Origin: an uncultured Armatimonadia bacterium | Lineage (GTDB): Bacteria > Armatimonadota > Zipacnadia > CAVVLO01 | Length of the DNA stretch: 64,000 nt | Direction: 5' to 3' | Assembly (NCBI GenBank): GCA_963749155.1 | Contig: CAVVLO010000003.1 | Span: 1-64,000 of the forward strand | In this document: positions 53,311-64,000 of the stretch, in pieces | Position numbering within the stretch: the first letter of the stretch is position 1 | Layout of the letters: each line of letters begins with the position of its first letter | The notes under the pieces: generated by a model | Database searches by the model: none | Told to the model about the DNA's origin: nothing | The model's input: only the letters and a program-made list of their open reading frames with translations | Position numbers and translations under genes: made by a program

Positions 53311-55509
53311 GTGAAGCCGCTTTGCGCGCTGTGCTGTTGCCTGCTGTTGGTGGCCTGCCTTCCGGCGCTTGGCCAGCAAACGCCGGTGGTGTATGGCCCG
53401 CCGGTTGAGACGGTCGTGCTGGAGGACTTTGGGCCTGATTCCGCGTCGCTTTGGACCTCTCGTGCGGGCGCCAATGTGGATTACTCCCTCTCCCAGGTTG
53501 TAGGATTGCCTGGGGCAACTGAGGGCACCTTGCAGGCAAGCTTTACCGCAAGAGAAGCTGCGGACCGCGAACCTTCGCGCAACTGGTTTGCCCTCGAACG
53601 CACGGGGCTAAGCATGCAGTTGCCGCCTCTACCTCCGGCTTCTACGTGCGTCTTGGCGCTGCGGAATCGGCCCAGTGGTGGGTCTCTCTGGCTATCACAC
53701 TTGAAGGAGGAGCCACCTACTCGTCCGTGATTGCCGACCAGCCTTTGCCAGCAGGCCGTATCGTGCGGTTTGCCGTGCCACTTGACACCCTCAAGAACGC
53801 CGAGGGAAAGGCCCTGTCAGCCGACCAGCTTGGTTTGCTATCAACCCTCTCAATCGCCACCAGTATCGCCGGGCCGGCCTTCTACCTCGATCGGATCAGC
53901 GCATATGAGACCCCCAGACTTGCTTCCTGGCTCGAGTTTTCAACTTCCAGACCGACCAACTGCTTTGAGCGAGGAGAGGTTGTAGACTTCACTTTGACTC
54001 CAGCAGGCCAGCTAGCCGAAGAGGCGGCTGCCGTGCTTTACGAGCTACGCGATTGGCGCGAGCAGCTTGTAGCTGAGGGAGCTTTCGGCCTGACCTTTCC
54101 AGGTCCGCGCACTATTACTCCTGGCCTGACTACCCCAGGTTATTACGAAGTCGAAGCCTGGTTTGCCGATGCCGCTGGCGAGGCGCTTACCGCTCAGTCC
54201 TCTATTCGCTCGGAAGGTTCTGTGCCAGCAGGCCTTGGCACTTTCGCAATAATGCCTTCAACGGTAGAGGAAAACCGCGCCCGATTTGCTGACTTTGGAG
54301 AGGACGCTTTCTTCGGCTTGCACGGCGATTTCCTGGGCCTCGGTGACCTGCTTGGGCTGTCCTGGCGGATGGGCTATTGGCATTGGAAGTATCGTGAGCC
54401 AGAGCGACCTGATCGTTCGACCGGCGCTGCTCCCTGGGCGATGGAGGCGCTTGCCGGCTCGCCTGAGCCGGCCTATCGCTTTCACTTCTTGCCCTTCGGA
54501 ATCAACCTGGGCAGCAACGTCCCCGACTGGGCGCTTGGCGAGCGATTCCGCAGCCCCTCGCTCTGCCAACTGGGAGGCTGTCGAGGCCTGGGTACGCGAC
54601 AACGTGAGGGTAGAACGCGCGCTTTATCCGCATATGCGCTCGCGTCTCTACGGGGCCGGTTGGGAGCTCAATCTCAATATGCCCCCCTTCAACGTACAAC
54701 AGCCTGAATATTCTGCAGACGAGGTGGTAGAACTCTATCGTCGAGTCCGGATTCTCGTTAAGCAGGAGGACCCCGAGGGCCTTATCATCGGCCCTTGCCC
54801 CAACGTAATCGACGTAGACTGGCTGGAGTCCTTATTCCAGGCAGGTCTACTCGACCAGCTTGATGGCATCGAGTTGCACGCCTACAACGAGGGCACTTTC
54901 ACCCCCGAGGAGAACCGCCTTCCGGAAAAACTGGCGAGGTTGCAAGAGTTGCTGGCCCAGTATGCGCCAGGCAGAGAGCTGCCCCTCTATGTCACCGAGC
55001 GCGGTGATGTTGGCGCCTTTGGCGCGGACCTGATTTACCGCGAACAGGCCGAGCTTGGCGTCAGGGCGGCGATTATTCTGAAGGGAGAGGGCGTAAAAGT
55101 CTTCCTGCCTTTCTACGGAGTGGATTATGACCGCGGTTGTTACGGTTTCTGCTTCAACCTGGAGCTGGACCCTCCAGGCCCCTGGGGCACCCAGCGTATA
55201 AGCCCCAAGCCACTTGCGAGCGCAATGGCGGCCTCGGCCTGGTTACTTGAGGGAACCCATCCTGTGGGGCGTCTTGATGACCTGGGCGAAGGGGTTTGGG
55301 CGTACAGGTTCGTTGGCGAGGGGCGCGAGGTAATTGCACTGTGGGCGCCGGAGGGGGCCAAAGAGGTCCTGCTGCCGGTCGGCTCAGCCTCGGTGGTTAC
55401 CGTGTACGATTTGATGGGAGTGGCATCAACAATCAGTCCAGAAGCAGGCAAGGTGCGGTTGAGGATTGGGCCAGCGCCTTGCTATGGGGTGCTTGCAGAG
55501 GCCGAATAA
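53311..55509 (+). CDS. Secreted clan-A glycoside hydrolase (GH39-like; about 2 frameshifts)
   Basis: GGAGG then GTG 53311; signal peptide; GWELN, DGIELHAY, LYVTERG, PKP. Confidence 0.65.
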
Positions 55510-55578
55510 GGCTTTGCTGGGCAGGTAATCGGGTCGTGGCGGCCAATACGGAACCATCCGCTCTCAGGAGGAACTGCA

Positions 55579-57396
55579 ATGGCTGGCACACCTGACCGCC
55601 CAAATATCCTCTGGCTGACTTGCGAGGACATCGGCCCGCATCTGGGGTGTTTTGGCGACAGCTATTCCACCTCACCCAACCTGGACGCCCTGGCCGCGCG
55701 CGGTTGCTGCTATCGCACCTGCTGGTCAAACGCGCCCGTCTGCGCGCCGGCGCGTACCACCATAATCACCGGCGTATATGCGTGCTCAACTGGCTCGGAG
55801 CATATGCGCAGTATGCAGCCCCAACCTGCCGGCATCGCGATGTTCCCCGAGTTGCTGCGAGCCTCTGGTTATTATTGCAGCAACAACTCGAAGGAAGACT
55901 ACAACCTTACCCAGCCGCGCCAGGTCTGGGATGATTCTTCTACCGCCGGTCACTGGCGCAATCGGGGCGAAGGCCAGCCTTTCTTTGCGGTCTTCAACAA
56001 TGTGCGCACCCATGAGAGTCAGATTCGCACTCGCCCGCATGAGGCGCGTCACGACCCCGCCAAAGTGCGCGTGCCTGCCTACCATCCCGACACGCCCGAG
56101 GTACGTCAGGACTGGGCGCAATACTATGACATCATCACCGAGATGGACGTCTGGACCGGCGACCTGCTCGCTCAGCTCGAGGCTGACGGCCTGGCGGAAG
56201 ATACTATCGTCTTCTTCTACGGCGACCATGGCAGTGGGATGCCCCGCCACAAGCGCGCCTGCCAGGACTCTGGCCCTCACTGCCCGCTGATTGTGCATCT
56301 CCCCGAGAAGTGGCGCCACCTGGCTTCTGACGATTTCGAGGCCGGCGGAAGCACCGAGCGCCTGGTCAGCTTCGTTGACCTCGCGCCGACGGTGCTCTCA
56401 CTTGCCAACATCACTCCACCCGACTGGATGCAAGGCAGAGCTTTCCTCGGCGACTTCGAGGATCCGGAGCGCGACTATCTCTTCTCCTTCCGGGGCCGGA
56501 TGGATGAACGCTATGACCTGGTGCGCGGCGCCCGAGATCAGCGTTATGTGTATGTCCGCAACTTCAATCCGCATCTGCCCCTGGGCCAGCACGTAGACTA
56601 TATGTTCCAGACACCTACCACGCAGATCTGGCACGAGCTTTGGCGTCAGGGGAAGACAACTCCTGCGCAAAGCGCCTTCTGGGAGCCTCGCGCGCCCGAA
56701 GAACTGTACGATTTGGAAGCCGATCCTGATGAGACAGTCAACCTGGCGACCTCTCCGGAGCATGAAGCTACTCTGTCGCGACTGCGCGAAGCGGTGCGGA
56801 GATGGCAATTCGAGGTGCGCGATCCCGACCTGCTGCCCGAACCTGAGCTGCACAGCCTGCCAGGTGGGGCTACCCCTTATGATTATGGCCATGACCGGAC
56901 CGCTTATCCGCTGCCTGAGTTGCTCTCCCTTGCCGAACTAGCCTCGGGCCTTGCGGAGGAAGGGCTGCCGGTGCTGCGCGAGGCGCTCTTCTCGCCGGAG
57001 GAGGCTTTCCGCTATTGGGGCGCCCTTGGCCTGCTTATGCGCGGGCAAAGCGCGGTGGAGCAATATGCAGCAGAACTGCGCGAGAAGCTCTCCGACCCCG
57101 CCGCCAGCGTGCGCGTCGTGGCCGCTGAGGCCCTTTCCACCTGGGGCAGCGAGCACGACCTTCCCCACGCGCTCGGGGTACTTGGTGAAGTCGCTAATCC
57201 AGACCACGCCGGTCCGTGGGCTGCGCTTATGGCTCTCAACTCCCTCGACCGATTGGAAGACCGAGCAGCCGGCGCAAAAAATGCCCTTGCCGCACTTGGT
57301 ACGCAGGAAGACTGCCTGAAGACTCGCGAACTGTATCCAATTGCGACACTGGTTGCCAGGCTTCATCAAAAATTCGGCCTTGTGGAGACCAACTGA
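55579..57396 (+). CDS. Cys-type sulfatase with C-terminal HEAT-like repeats
   Basis: RPNILW, CAPARTTIITG, YGDHG, EELYDLEADPDE; VRVVAAEAL. Confidence 0.92.
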   Translation: MAGTPDRPNILWLTCEDIGPHLGCFGDSYSTSPNLDALAARGCCYRTCWSNAPVCAPARTTIITGVYACSTGSEHMRSMQPQPAGIAMFPELLRASGYYCSNNSKEDYNLTQPRQVWDDSSTAGHWRNRGEGQPFFAVFNNVRTHESQIRTRPHEARHDPAKVRVPAYHPDTPEVRQDWAQYYDIITEMDVWTGDLLAQLEADGLAEDTIVFFYGDHGSGMPRHKRACQDSGPHCPLIVHLPEKWRHLASDDFEAGGSTERLVSFVDLAPTVLSLANITPPDWMQGRAFLGDFEDPERDYLFSFRGRMDERYDLVRGARDQRYVYVRNFNPHLPLGQHVDYMFQTPTTQIWHELWRQGKTTPAQSAFWEPRAPEELYDLEADPDETVNLATSPEHEATLSRLREAVRRWQFEVRDPDLLPEPELHSLPGGATPYDYGHDRTAYPLPELLSLAELASGLAEEGLPVLREALFSPEEAFRYWGALGLLMRGQSAVEQYAAELREKLSDPAASVRVVAAEALSTWGSEHDLPHALGVLGEVANPDHAGPWAALMALNSLDRLEDRAAGAKNALAALGTQEDCLKTRELYPIATLVARLHQKFGLVETN

Positions 57397-57397
57397 C

Positions 57398-59272
57398 TTG
57401 CGAAGCATGCTGCCTGTTTGGACTGGTGTTATTAGTGGGTCTGCCAACTTCACAAGCAATCTGTGCCGAACTGCAACTCCCACCGGTTGCCAACGTCCTG
57501 GTGGACGATGTCTTCTGGCGGCCTCGACTGGATGTGCTGCGCGACAACGCCATCCCGAATTCGTGGAACTATATGGGCTGGAATCTCCGCTCGCTAAGCA
57601 AGGCGGCGGGGCTCCCCTACGAGGGCGACCTGAACGGCACCTGGGACGAGGCCAATCTCTACAAGTTCCTTGAGACTTGCGCTTACAGCCTGGCGCTCTT
57701 TCCGGACCCCGAACTGCAGGCGCGGGTGGATGAGATCGCCCACCTCCTCAAGGCCATCCAGCGCCCTGACGGGTTCGTCCACGTCTACATCATCAATGAG
57801 GGCAAGCTACCCTGGGATCCAGCCTTCCTCGGCGGCTCTCATGAGGGGTATGTGCTGGGTCACCTGATTGAGGCGGCGCTGGAGTATGAGGCCGCCACCG
57901 GCAGGCCGGAGTTGCTCGAAGTGGCACGAAAGGCGGCTGATCAAGCCTGGGAGAACTTCCTCGGCTCGAAGGGCACCCCTGGTTTTTGCGGCCATGCCGA
58001 GTTAGAGATGGCCTTGGTGGAGCTTTACAGGCGTCTTGGCGACCACAAGTACCTCGACCTCTCTCGGGCTTTCGTCGAGTGGCGCGGCCAGGGGCTTGGG
58101 CCAGGATATGGCGAGACGCCGCGCGAATACTTCCAGGACGGTGCTCCTGTGCGCAAGCAGCTTGCTCTGGAAGGTCACGCGGTGCGCGCGGTCTTCTTCG
58201 CAACTGGAGTCACTGATTTGGCGCTCGAGACCGGCGATCCGGATTATCGCCTGGCTGCCAACCGCTTCTGGGACAGCGCTACCCACAGGCGGATGTATGT
58301 CACCGGGAGCCTGGGCGCCCGGTCCGAGCACGAGGCCCTCGGTGAGGATTACGAGCTGCCCCTTGAGGGCTACACCGAGTCCTGCGCCGCCTGCGGGCTG
58401 GCCGATTTTGCCCAGCGGATGTTCTTGCTCGAGCGCCAGGCAGAGGCCGCCGATACCCTCGAGCGAGTCCTCTACAACGCCGTGTTGCACGGCATCGCGC
58501 TCGATGGCCTCTCGACCTACTACCGCAATCCCCTCTCTGACCACGATCATTTGCGCGACAACTGCTGGGTCTGCTGCCCGCCCAACCTGTCGCGGACCGT
58601 CTTCCAGATCGGCCGTTACGCCTATGCCTGCGGGCAACGCGAGGCCTGGATCAATCTGTATGTCGGAGGCGTGGCACGAGCTACCGCTGGCCGGTGGCGA
58701 ACTTCGGCTGCGCTGCGAAACGCGCTACCCCTGGGAGGGTAACGGTACGTTACACTGTCGAAGCGGCTCCCGCGTCCCCGATGTCGCTTCATCTGCGCAA
58801 GCCGGGTTGGTGCCGGGCCGCAACCCTCAGGCTGAAGGGCGAGACGCTGACCCCTCCACCTCTCTCGGAGTCCGGCTATTTTGTGCTGGACCGGGTCTTT
58901 GTGCCCGGCGATACGCTGGAACTCGAGCTAGTGATGCCCATCGAGAGGATAGAAGCGCATCCAGCCGTCGAGGCCTGCCGAGGGCGCGTCGCGCTGCAGC
59001 GAGGTCCTATCGTGTATGGGTTCGAGAGTGTAGACAACGGGACTGTCCCTGAACTTCCGGCCGATTTCAGCGCCGAGTCGCAGTTCGAAGAGGGATTGCT
59101 CGGGGGCGTCGTGACGCTGACAGGACCGCTTGCCGAGGGGGGAAGGTGGAAGGCCGTGCCCTTCTACACGCTGGCCAACCGCGGCCCCGCCTGGCAGGAG
59201 GTCTGGGTGCCCCAGCAGGGCTTCGCGCCTCGCTCCGACTGGTGGCACGGGCAGCTCTACCGCCCGCTCTGA
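57398..59272 (+). CDS. GH127/GH146 beta-L-arabinofuranosidase-like (frameshifts near start and at about 58680)
   Basis: GHLIEAA, GHAELE, EGHAVRA, ESCA, CCPPN, ALQRGPIVY. Confidence 0.9.
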
Positions 59273-59276
59273 CCCC

Positions 59277-60458
59277 TCAGGGCAGCCCAGGGCCGTAGCG
59301 GCGCTCGAGATACTCCACCATCAGCGGGTCCACGTGCGCCATCGGGGGCAGGGGTGGGGCTGTGAAAAGGCCACCCTTCAGTTCTGCAATCAGCTTCAGA
59401 TACTGGTATGGATCTCCCCAGGTGAGGGAGGGCTCGATGATGGTGGTCTCGGGCCATTCGTTGAAGCTCGTGACCATCAGAAAGTCCGCTCCGGCCTCCT
59501 CCGCCGCGCGCCAGAAGCCTCGGAGGGTTTCTCCGTCGCGCCTGGGCATCCGGTAGGGTTCGGGGTTCTGCCTGCTGTTGTCGTGTCCTGGATGCAGCGG
59601 CAGCATAACCTTGTGACCTGACGCGCGGACGGCGTCTGCATAGCCCCGGTAAAGCGGCGCGAGCCCTTCATAAGTATCAATCGGCCAGGTCGAGAACATC
59701 GCATAACCTGTGAAACAGTCCACCCCAGCCACCTCTGGCCAGCCCTCGGGCACATATAACTCCATCTGGCCAGGCGCGCTGCTGTGTCTGCAGAGCAGCC
59801 GGTCGAACATCCAGTAGACTGGCCCGACCTCGGCCTCGACGCGGTTGATAAGCTCAGCGCCTTGAGCCGGAGACAGCTTCCCTTCCCATAACTGATAGAC
59901 ATACCAAACGGGCTGGCCGTCGATATGCAGGTAAGCCGGGCTGTCCTTGAATTGCTTGAGCGCGTCGATCGTCCACTGCACGACGGCCTCGAAGTCGTCG
60001 ACGAACTGCGGGCACTCATCGAACAACGCGACCTTGAAGCCTTCCTCTTCGGCGACGGGCAGCACAGTGTTGATAAAGACATCACGCGTCCAACCGGCTG
60101 GCGTCTGCCATCCCGCAGGCCCCCACCAGTCCACCAGGAAGGCGTCGATGCCGGCGGCTTTCGCAAGCCGCATATGCCAGCGCGCGACCTCTTTGTCCAG
60201 GCTGTCGTAAGGGCCAATAAGCGGGTAGGCGGCTGAATGCAGGTCGCGCAGGGCAGGCGGCAGCGCCACATAATCAGGATCCAGCTTGCGCAGCCCCTGC
60301 TGGTCGGGCTTTGGCGTGAAGGCCCAGGGGCCGAAGTCTCCCTTCCCCCCCCACGGCGTACCATACCAGGTGTAGTAGACGGCGAAGACAGGTGGCGCGG
60401 CCTGAGCCAGGCATCCCATCAGCAATACTCCTGTCAGCAGAACAAGCACTAGCCTCAT
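59277..60458 (-). CDS. GH99-like endo-alpha-mannosidase/mannanase
   Basis: YYTWY, YPLIGPYDS, GIDAFLVDWW, TSFNEWPETTIIEP. Confidence 0.8.
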   Translation of the reverse strand: MRLVLVLLTGVLLMGCLAQAAPPVFAVYYTWYGTPWGGKGDFGPWAFTPKPDQQGLRKLDPDYVALPPALRDLHSAAYPLIGPYDSLDKEVARWHMRLAKAAGIDAFLVDWWGPAGWQTPAGWTRDVFINTVLPVAEEEGFKVALFDECPQFVDDFEAVVQWTIDALKQFKDSPAYLHIDGQPVWYVYQLWEGKLSPAQGAELINRVEAEVGPVYWMFDRLLCRHSSAPGQMELYVPEGWPEVAGVDCFTGYAMFSTWPIDTYEGLAPLYRGYADAVRASGHKVMLPLHPGHDNSRQNPEPYRMPRRDGETLRGFWRAAEEAGADFLMVTSFNEWPETTIIEPSLTWGDPYQYLKLIAELKGGLFTAPPLPPMAHVDPLMVEYLERRYGPGLP

Positions 60459-60485
60459 CCTGGCCTCCCTGTTCCAGCTCACCGG

Positions 60486-61786
60486 TCATTCAGAAAGATT
60501 GGCGCTACTCTCCACCTGGCCTGTCCCTTCATTCTCAAGCCTCAGCCCGCCAGAGAAGCGCGTTCCGAGTATCACCGTACTTTTCGAAGCAGGCCCGAGT
60601 TTGATATGGGTAAAGGGAACTCGGTGAAGTCGCAACCGGTCAGGGTCAGCCCTCCCCCATCGCGCCAGATGGCCGGGGCGGACGGCTGCGAGTCCAGTTC
60701 GGGCGTCTTCCAGGGCCCCCAGGGGTAATAGAACTGGCAGCCGGTGAACACGAGCCGCCCTGGGCCCTTTGCCAGCACATACATCGCGCTCTGCCCCTCG
60801 GACTGAAGATACTCTTCGGCTTTAGTCCCCGCCGCGTAGAAGTTGCAGTTGTTGAAGTAGAGCGGCCCTGGATTGCCCGGCCCGACTACGACGCCCCCGT
60901 TGAGCATACAGTTGGTGAACTGAAGTCCGGCTTGCACCTGCACATAATCAACAAGTAAGGCAGTGGCACAGAAATCGGCCCCCGAGTTGGTCGCCAGCAG
61001 GTGCGGCGCGTCGTGACCGAGCGAGGTGCAGTGAAAGCCGACCTTATAGCCCAGGCAGAAGACGCCGTTTAGCATCTCCCAGTCAGTGCGCCCAAAGAGG
61101 AAGGCGGTGCCATTGGCGTGGGTCCACTTGATGAGTTCCTCGCTCCAGAAGGGCCAGAAGTGGATGTCCTCCAGCCGGCCGCAGTCCAGGCAGAAATCAA
61201 TCGCAAGCCCAAGCTTCAGGGGTTGCCCATAAAGCCCGCGTATGAGATGGCGCCCGCAGGGGTTGGTCATAAAGTCTACGCCTTTCCAGGGATTGACCAG
61301 CAGCGTATCCAGTATTGTCACATTGTCGCCCATCCCTCTCACACACCAGGGATAGGGGACAGGCTCAACTGTGTTCTGCTCCGGGTAGAAAACGGTCATT
61401 CCTTTCAGGCAGGCGTTGGGGTGCAGCATCAGGAAGGGCTCCCCTTCCTCGCTGCCCTTGCCTTCAACGGCCAGCAGCGTGCTGCCTGCCATCTGACTGC
61501 GCGCGGTAGGGCCGCGGAAGACGCCCTCGAGGGTGACGTTCTGGGGTACAACGAGGTGGCCCTTCACAAGATAGTTTCCAGTGGGGATAAATACGACACC
61601 CCCTCCAGCGGTCCCAGCAGCTTGGAGTGCCTGCTGAATAGGACTGGTGTTGTCAGTGGTAGCGTCTCCAACGGCGCCGAAATCGGTAATGGAGAAGACG
61701 CCAGGCTGGCCGGGTGATGGTTGTTGGGCCAACAGGGGGCAAGTCCAGGTCAGCAACGCAAGGGCGATGATCAGCAAGGTGCGCAT
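60486..61786 (-). CDS. Secreted Pectate_lyase_3-type beta-helix protein (frameshift at about 60610)
   Basis: FGAVGDATTDNT..GGGVVFIPTGNY; alternative frame completes THIKLG..SANLSE then stop. Confidence 0.8.
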
Positions 61787-61844
61787 TGAACTCCTCCAGA
61801 ATCACACTTGCACGAAGTTCGCCTCTTGCTGGTTCTCTCCTGCC

Positions 61845-61875
61845 AAAGAAAAGCCCGGGGCCGAAGCCCCGGGCT
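61845..61875 (-). terminator. Intrinsic terminator after the SLH-porin gene
   Basis: AGCCCGGGGC-TTCG-GCCCCGGGCT followed by TTTCTTT. Confidence 0.85.
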
Positions 61876-61899
61876 CGATGGTACAGGTTGGTTGTAGCT

Positions 61900-63772
61900 T
61901 TAGAACAGCACGTTGATGGAACCACCGAAGTAATCGAGGCTGATGGTCTCCCAGACAGGCTCAAACTCGAAGCTGAGGACATCTTCTCTGATGCGAGCCC
62001 AGGTAAGACGCGCCCAGACATCTTCGGTCAGTTCGCGGTCGTAGCTGACCTGGTAGAGGTCAACGTCGTTGTAGAGGTAGCCATAGCCAGGCTGCCTGTC
62101 AGCTTCGCCGACAACAGCAAAGATTCCGCTATACATCGGCACGAGCCGGGCCCAGCGCAGGTAGATGCCACTGTTGCCCCACTTCTTCTCGAGGTCGGCG
62201 GTCCAGGTGATAGCGCCCTGCTGACCAAGCTGCAGGTACTCGCCCAGAATATAATCCCACGGCAGACCGTTGTAGAGAACGTAGAAATCATACGGATTGC
62301 CGCCATAGTTCCAGGCGTCGTAGGCTTCTTGCTGTTCGGCCCAGGATACGCCGAACTTCCAGTCGCCGGGTTCGTAGTTGTTGCCGACGAAGTCGGCCCG
62401 GATGAAGTAGGCATTGTCGATGTCGGATGGTACTCCTCCGCCACCGGAGGCATTGATTACCTCGCCGAACTCGCCCTTCAGGTTAGCCTTCACGCCGAGG
62501 AACGGCACATCGAGCCCCTCGTATCCAGCCGCAATACCCCAACGCTTGGCGCCAGCTTCAGCGCGGAAGACGTAGGTGCCGTCCAGGCTGAGTCTGCCAA
62601 AGGAATACATGGCTTCGACCAGGCTAGTGGACTCTTCATCTTCTTCGCTGATATAGCTGGCATCCAGCATCCCGAACGCGCCCATAAGGTCCAGCCCGCC
62701 AAGAGCAAAGCAGGCCTTGACGAATTCGCCAGGCTCGATGTCGTTATCCCAGACCAGGCCACAGCCCGTCTTGATACGCTGCCTGCCCAGACGCCAGTCT
62801 ACGCCCTTGAAAAGGCCATCCTGGACGTCTACGTATGCGGTGTCGATGTGGGTGCCGCGCAAGCCTGCAGATGGTCCCTTGACCGAACTCTCACCCATAT
62901 CATCATAGGTTGCATCAGGACGCCAGAGAGTGACATGGCCCTGGGCCTTGTCACTAATCTTGCCGTCGATGTTTACTTTCACCGAGAGATTACTGAAGCG
63001 GTTCCAGCCCTCACGGTTAGGGTAGAAGTCGCGAGCTGGTCCTGGCTCGATTGGGAGTATGCCACCCTCATAAAGCTCCGCTTCGTTGGTGCCAGCTTTC
63101 CACTCGATTACGCCAGTGACTTTGTCGGGCTTGTTCTCGAGGGCGGTTACCCGCGCTTCGAGGGCCGCGAACTTGGTCTCCAGCGCGTCGACCCTGTACA
63201 TCAGGTCGTCCACGTCGGCGCCCAGCATCGCAAGCTCGCCGCGGAACTCCTGCGCCATCGCATCGAGGGCGCCCTTGTCCACGAAGTTCTTGACCGCGGC
63301 GTCGATCATTGCCTGCGCCTCGGCCTTCGAGATGCCTGGCTTGTAGCCCGCAAGCGCTTCGCGAGCCGCTGCTGCTCCAGCCGAGGTGGCGGTGCTGTTA
63401 ACCTGGTTCATGAAAGCCGCGACGTCAGGCAGTTGCACGCCCGCGGCAGCTTTCTGGGCCTCTTCCCGAGCGATGGCGCGAGCCGCCGACTCGGTGATGC
63501 CCATATCCATCCCGGTCTACCTTCGAATCAAGGTAGTCCTCCAGGAAGTCGATCATCCGCGTGAGCATTACCGCGAATTCATAGCGCGTCCAGGTCCGGT
63601 CGCCTTTGAAAGTGCCATCCGGATAACCTTCGACTACGCCCAGATCGGTGAGTTCGTCCACCGCGTCGTAGGCCCAGTGACCGAAGGGCACGTCTGGCAT
63701 ATCCTTGGCGACGGCTGGCACGAGCAAAGCAACCATCAACAACATGGTCACTGCCAGTGCTAGTGTCTTCAT
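61900..63772 (-). CDS. SLH-domain outer-membrane beta-barrel (OmpM-like; frameshift at about 63515)
   Basis: Signal peptide; DVPFGHWAYDAV..GYPDGTFKG..TRYEFA SLH; coiled coil EFRGEL..LEARVTALE; terminal Phe. Confidence 0.88.
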
Positions 63773-63833
63773 TAGTATATCCCCCTTAGGGAGTGAGGGC
63801 GAGGCGAACCTCGCCCCCAGTTGCTTTTGCCAG

Positions 63834-64000
63834 TTAGAAGCTCACGTCGATGGAGCCTGCGAAGTAGTTGAAAGTCTCGTCGTACCGTTCCTCATTCAAC
63901 AGGGCATAGGTCAGTTTGGCGTCTACGCCCTTGGCGATCTCCTTGGTCAGGCTGAGCTGCCACAGGTCGGCGCCGTCATAGGCGGTGAAGTAGCCATTGT
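63834..64000 (-). CDS. C-terminal end of a paralogous outer-membrane beta-barrel (partial)
   Basis: Translates to ..YDGADLWQLSLTKEIAKGVDAKLTYA..NYFAGSIDVSF then stop, matching YNDVDLYQVSYDRELTEDVWARLTWA..DYFGGSINVLF of the neighbour. Confidence 0.8.
   Translation of the reverse strand, partial: NGYFTAYDGADLWQLSLTKEIAKGVDAKLTYALLNEERYDETFNYFAGSIDVSF

Noticed and set aside
42452..61800. Integrated island or integron cassette array at rnpB
   Set aside because: No integrase or transposase, no duplicated rnpB 3' end and no convincing attC inverted core pairs seen.
61786..63564. 592-aa plus-strand ORF
   Set aside because: Antisense shadow of the SLH-porin gene; no motifs; expected from strong codon bias in GC-rich DNA.
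1..64000. tRNA or rRNA genes
   Set aside because: No cloverleaf/T-loop or rRNA signature noticed in intergenic regions by eye; tRNAscan was not run.

Overview
A GC-rich bacterial chromosomal window dominated by carbohydrate uptake and breakdown genes: GH78, GH42-like, GH33-like, GH57, GH29-like, GH43-like, GH116, GH127 and GH99-like enzymes, three beta-helix proteins, a sulfatase, an SGNH hydrolase and three partial sugar ABC loci. It also carries the RNase P RNA gene (rnpB), a cobalamin riboswitch, two prepilin/DUF1559 H-X9-DG genes, a PiT/DUF47 pair, menA and tandem SLH/beta-barrel outer-membrane protein genes. The DUF1559 sequence style and SLH-porins suggest a diderm Terrabacterium such as Armatimonadota (inference). 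More than 20 apparent frameshifts split otherwise intact genes, most simply explained as long-read assembly errors. Most notable: (1) pilin-like DUF1559 genes in nutrient-uptake contexts, one behind a B12 riboswitch and one ending a sugar ABC operon that lacks a binding protein; (2) an 82-bp repeated upstream element with tandem TGGCACG boxes and a G-quadruplex motif; (3) a recurrent GCAGGA-N14-GGCGAA promoter-like motif; (4) a signal-peptide-bearing tailspike-like protein; (5) an unannotated 41-aa mini-paralogue. All family calls come from reading motifs by eye; no database search was run.
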